64,000 nucleotides of DNA from the human T2T-CHM13v2.0 reference genome, Homo sapiens. The stretch is taken from assembly GCF_009914755.1 (NCBI RefSeq), contig NC_060947.1, one strand, 5' to 3'. Of this stretch, positions 57,491 through 64,000 are shown in pieces (positions within the stretch are counted from its first letter, which is position 1; the number at the start of each line of letters is the position of its first letter). Position numbers and translations under genes: made by a program. The notes under the pieces are model-generated. The model ran no database searches. It saw only the letters and a program-made list of their open reading frames with translations, and was not told where the DNA came from.

Positions 57491-57877
57491 GTATGGGGGA
57501 AGATAGTAATAATGGCTGAGAACGAAGGTAATAATGGTTACCAAGGGTGGAGCCATTGCGCCTGAGTGGAGGGGACCTTTAGTGGTGAGAACGTTTCGTT
57601 CCTACTTACCACTGCGATCTTGTGTACATTGTTTACATTCCCCACCTCTCTTCCCAGATGGTTGATATCTTACGACTCTGCTTCCTAGCGTCTGCTGATT
57701 GCATAGGCATTGGGTGTGAGCCCTCAGCCACTTTCATTGAGTGAAACTGGCCGCTGTTCCCCGTGCCTCCTCCCTCTGGTCCACTCCCAGCCCAGCCTCC
57801 CACTCCGTCCCCCAGAAAGCAAGGGCCACAATTTGAATGCCTAGTCAGGCTTCACTGCCTCCTTTTTGCTCTTCCAG

Positions 57878-58171
57878 CCGAAATGAAGATTTGGAAGAGA
57901 TTGCTTCCACCGACCTGAAGTACCTTTTGGTGCCAGCGTTTCAAGGAGCCCTCACCATGAAACAAGTCAACCCCAGCAAGCGTCTAGATCATTTGCAGCG
58001 GGCTCGAGAACACTTTATAAACTACTTAACTCAGTGCCATTGCTATCATGTGGCAGAGTTTGAGCTGCCCAAAACCATGAACAACTCTGCTGAAAATCAC
58101 ACTGCCAATTCCTCCATGGCTTATCCTAGTCTCGTTGCTATGGCATCTCAAAGACAGGCTAAAATACAGAG
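57878..58171 (+). CDS. IGBP1: IGBP1 second coding exon
   Basis: Acceptor TTTTGCTCTTCCAG|C; (S)[25 protein letters not shown]...SQRQAKIQ(R); donor GAG|GTGGGT; phase matches the previous exon; gene continues beyond the window. Confidence 0.97.
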
Positions 58172-59573
58172 GTGGGTCAATAGCTATAATATGAGGCCTG
58201 CCCAATGGCGGTGCTTTTCAGGGGCATGCTTTCTTGGCGGGTGGTGGGGGGCCAGAATGGTATGTGTCACTTTCTTGGTTCTTATTGAGCATAGGCCCTA
58301 GGGAGAGCAAACTTTCCTGAGTTTTTCCAAGAAGCCTCTGCTTTTGTTGAGATGATTATACCTACTTATCAGACCCTTACTACCTTATGGTTGGCAACAG
58401 CAGCAATGTAGTTTAGCAGAGTGTCTCCCAACCTTTTCCACATCACATCATAGCAATGTTCATATGGTACAGTGGGGTAGATGTCTCTGAAAGGCAAAGC
58501 TAGGCCATTTTATGGTCCACTGATTGAGGAGCTCTGTTCAGACTACTGGAGTAGATGTGTAACATCCTGAACTGATCTTAGTCCTGGCACAGCTTCATTG
58601 TGTGACCTTGGAAAAGTTGCTTACTTTCTTAGGTTTTTTTTGTTGTTGTTGTTTGTTTTTTAAACAACATTTAATGGGTGGTCATGATGTCTAGGAACTA
58701 TGCTAGGCACTGGGGATACAAACTGTATAGGTATTTGTGTGAGTATGAGTGGTCCCTGCCTTGGAGGAGCATACAATCTGGTGAGGAAAACGGGCATAGA
58801 AACAGAATATCAATATAAACTGATGTTGTGGAGGGATGCACAAGGTACTATGAGAGCAGACAGGAAGGGCACCTAACCAAAGGGAGCAGGAGAGAGGAGA
58901 AAGCTCCCTGGAAGAGGTGACTCCTGTGCTGAGTTCTTTAAGGGTAAATAGGAATATCCAGGGGAAGAGGAGAGGAGGGCATTAGCCGGCAGAGTATGTA
59001 AAGCCTTAGTAAAGCCACAGAGGCATTAAAGAAACAGTGGTGGGTGGAGATGTGTAGACCAAAAACAGCAGCTATGAGCAATTAGGTGATGGTAGAACAC
59101 AAAGAGGGTGGTGGTAAGGGGGAAGGAATGATACTGAAGAATGTTGTAGGGTCCACATCAAGGAGAGCCTGGGATGTGAGGAACGTGAAGAGAAACTTGT
59201 TGCTGAGAACTTGGTAAGGTGTTTGAATCCCAGCTCGACGACTGTGATTAATCACTGTGATTTGTGGTAAGTTATTTAATCTTTCAGTACCTTAATTTCC
59301 CCAGCTGCAAAATTCAGATAATAATAGGTTCTTCCTCATAAAGTAGTTTATGAGGATTAAAAGAGAAATATATATAAAGCAGTTAGCCCAATGTTTGACA
59401 CAGTAAACACTCAAAGTCAACTATTATTATTTGTGGCTAAGAGTATGGGTCATAGAGTCAGAGACCTGGGTTTGAGATCCAGCTTTACTTACAATCTGTT
59501 GGACTTTGGGGAAGTTATTTAACCTAACTGAGCCTCAGCTTTCCTCATATGTGAAATCTAAGTAATAATGGTA

Positions 59574-59883
59574 CAGATGGTCCCCGATTTGCGATGGCTT
59601 GTCTTAGAATTTTTTAACTTTATATTGGTGCAGAAGCAATACACAGTCAGGGGAACATCAATAAATTACATGAGTTATTCAACACTTTATTATAAAATAG
59701 GCCTTGTGTTAGATGATTTTGCCCAACTGTAGGCTAATATAAGTGTTCTGAGCATGTTGAAGGTAAACTAGGCTAAGCTATGATGTTCAATAAGGTGTAT
59801 TAAATGCGTTTTCAACTTACCATATTTTCCATTTATGATGGATTTATTGAGATGCAGCCCTATTGTAAGTTGAGATGCATGTG
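59574..59883 (-). mobile_element. MER82-like TcMar-Tigger DNA transposon
   Basis: TA flanks; imperfect TIRs CAGATGGTCCCCGATTTGCGATGG / CTATTGTAAGTTGAGATGCATGTG. Confidence 0.7.
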
Positions 59884-60022
59884 TACCTATCTCAGGGTTA
59901 ATAAGCACAAATGGGAAAAATCACATAAAACAGCACAATATCTGGCATGTGGTGAGTATTCTGTAAATGTCAGCTGCTATTAGGTAGGACACGCCAAAGA
60001 GCTTACTCTGGTTGGTGACTGA

Positions 60023-62731
<2,709 letters not shown>

Positions 62732-64000
62732 CTATTGTTTTGATTTGCATTTCTTTGGCCTGCCGCTTTGAACGTTTTTCTTAAATGCCTGACAGATATC
62801 AACACTTAACTTTATACTAATGTCTCCCACATTCGTATTACTAGCCCAGACCCCTCCTGACCTTCAGACCCATACTTGCAACACCCTTCCTTCATGGGTG
62901 TTTCACAGACATGTCATACCTTGAACCCTTGGCTTTTTAACCCCCAAATGTGCCTCCTCACCCATCTCAGTAAGTGTACCACCATTGACTTAGGTTTTTA
63001 AACCAGAAACCTAGGATTTAGCTTCAATTCCTCACTTTTTCTGAATTTTCACATCCAGTCCATCAGCAAAGGCCTTTCCATTCCAGCTACAAAAGGTATC
63101 TTCTATCCTTCTATTTCTCTCCATCTCCACTATCATACCTCAGTCTAGGCTACCAGCATTTCTCAGCTGAGATAGACAAATCAGCTCCAAGGCCTTGTGT
63201 GATCTGCTGCCTGCCTCTTTTCAGTCTCACCATGTATCATTCTCCCCTCGTTCACTAGACTTCAGCCACAATGACCGTCTTTCAGTTCTTTGAATAGACC
63301 CAGCTCTGTCCCTCTATAGAATGTCTGTGTGTGCAGTTCTCTTTGCATGGAATGCTCGTCATATGGCTAATTCTTCATCCTCTAGGTCTCAGCTTAAATG
63401 TCACTCCTCAGGCCTTTCCAGATCAGTCTCTTTAAGTAGTTAACAACTATTATTCTCTCTTTGCTTCATGTTTGTTTCCTTCTTGGCACTTGTGTGCAGT
63501 CATTTCATGTGTCTTTCTGAGTTTTGTCTCTCTCCCCTACTACAGTATATACTCTATGAGGGCACAAGCCATTTCTTGTTCACTATGTTATGCCTGCCAT
63601 AGAGCTTGGCATATAGAAGTTCCTCAAGCAATGCTTATTATTGACAAGCAGGAGAAACAAGATGAACAAAAGCCCAAAGCCAGGGTATATTTAGGTATGT
63701 TCAAAGACTACATAATAGTCTGGTTTGGCAGAAGCTAAGAGGAGTATGGTTGCAGCTCTGCATGAAGAAGTGATGTGTATATAAAATACTGAAAAAGAAG
63801 AGAGGCAGAGGGAGAAATACAAGTTAGCATGTTATAATAGTACTTTAAATAGGAAGAAGTGATAAAAAATGAAGTTATAGCTATCAGAGATACTACTTTT
63901 GCAAGAATAGTTTACATGGTTAGAAAACAAATTACTCAGATCCTTATTTACTTTCCAGAAGTCCCCCAACCCATGCCTTTAGATACTGAGGCCATCTTAC

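Noticed and set aside
56311-57556. Antisense ORFs (173 aa, 102 aa) at the IGBP1 promoter
   Set aside because: Expected in GC-rich sequence or as antisense shadow of the coding exon; no domain resemblance
57837-58301. 154-aa ORF as a standalone IGBP1 retrocopy
   Set aside because: Canonical splice sites and phase match show an internal exon with intronic read-through at both ends

Overview
Primate (human-like) genomic DNA, dense in Alu/L1/LTR repeats, recognisable as the Xq13.1 interval upstream of IGBP1. The IGBP1 CpG promoter, non-coding first exon and first two coding exons lie on + at about 56.6-58.2 kb. Three things stand out. (1) A heavily decayed, ~1.9 kb single-exon LRR-plus-transmembrane pseudogene on - at about 14.55-16.45 kb aligns along its length with LRRC32 (GARP) and NRROS (LRRC33) and keeps both cysteines those proteins use to tether latent TGF-beta; it may be a lost third family member. 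(2) A seven-level nested insertion at 31.0-53.1 kb (MIR > ERV1 provirus > LTR26-like > ancient NUMT from ND4 to the control region > LTR47-like > Alu > SVA) has readable target-site duplications at most levels. (3) A young chimeric L1 carries a duplicated ORF2 segment from a different L1 copy, and there is a separate small templated insertion with an inverted repeat. Most short ORFs in the track are Alu/SVA/low-complexity artefacts. Repeat subfamily names and reference-protein comparisons come from memory, not from a database search.
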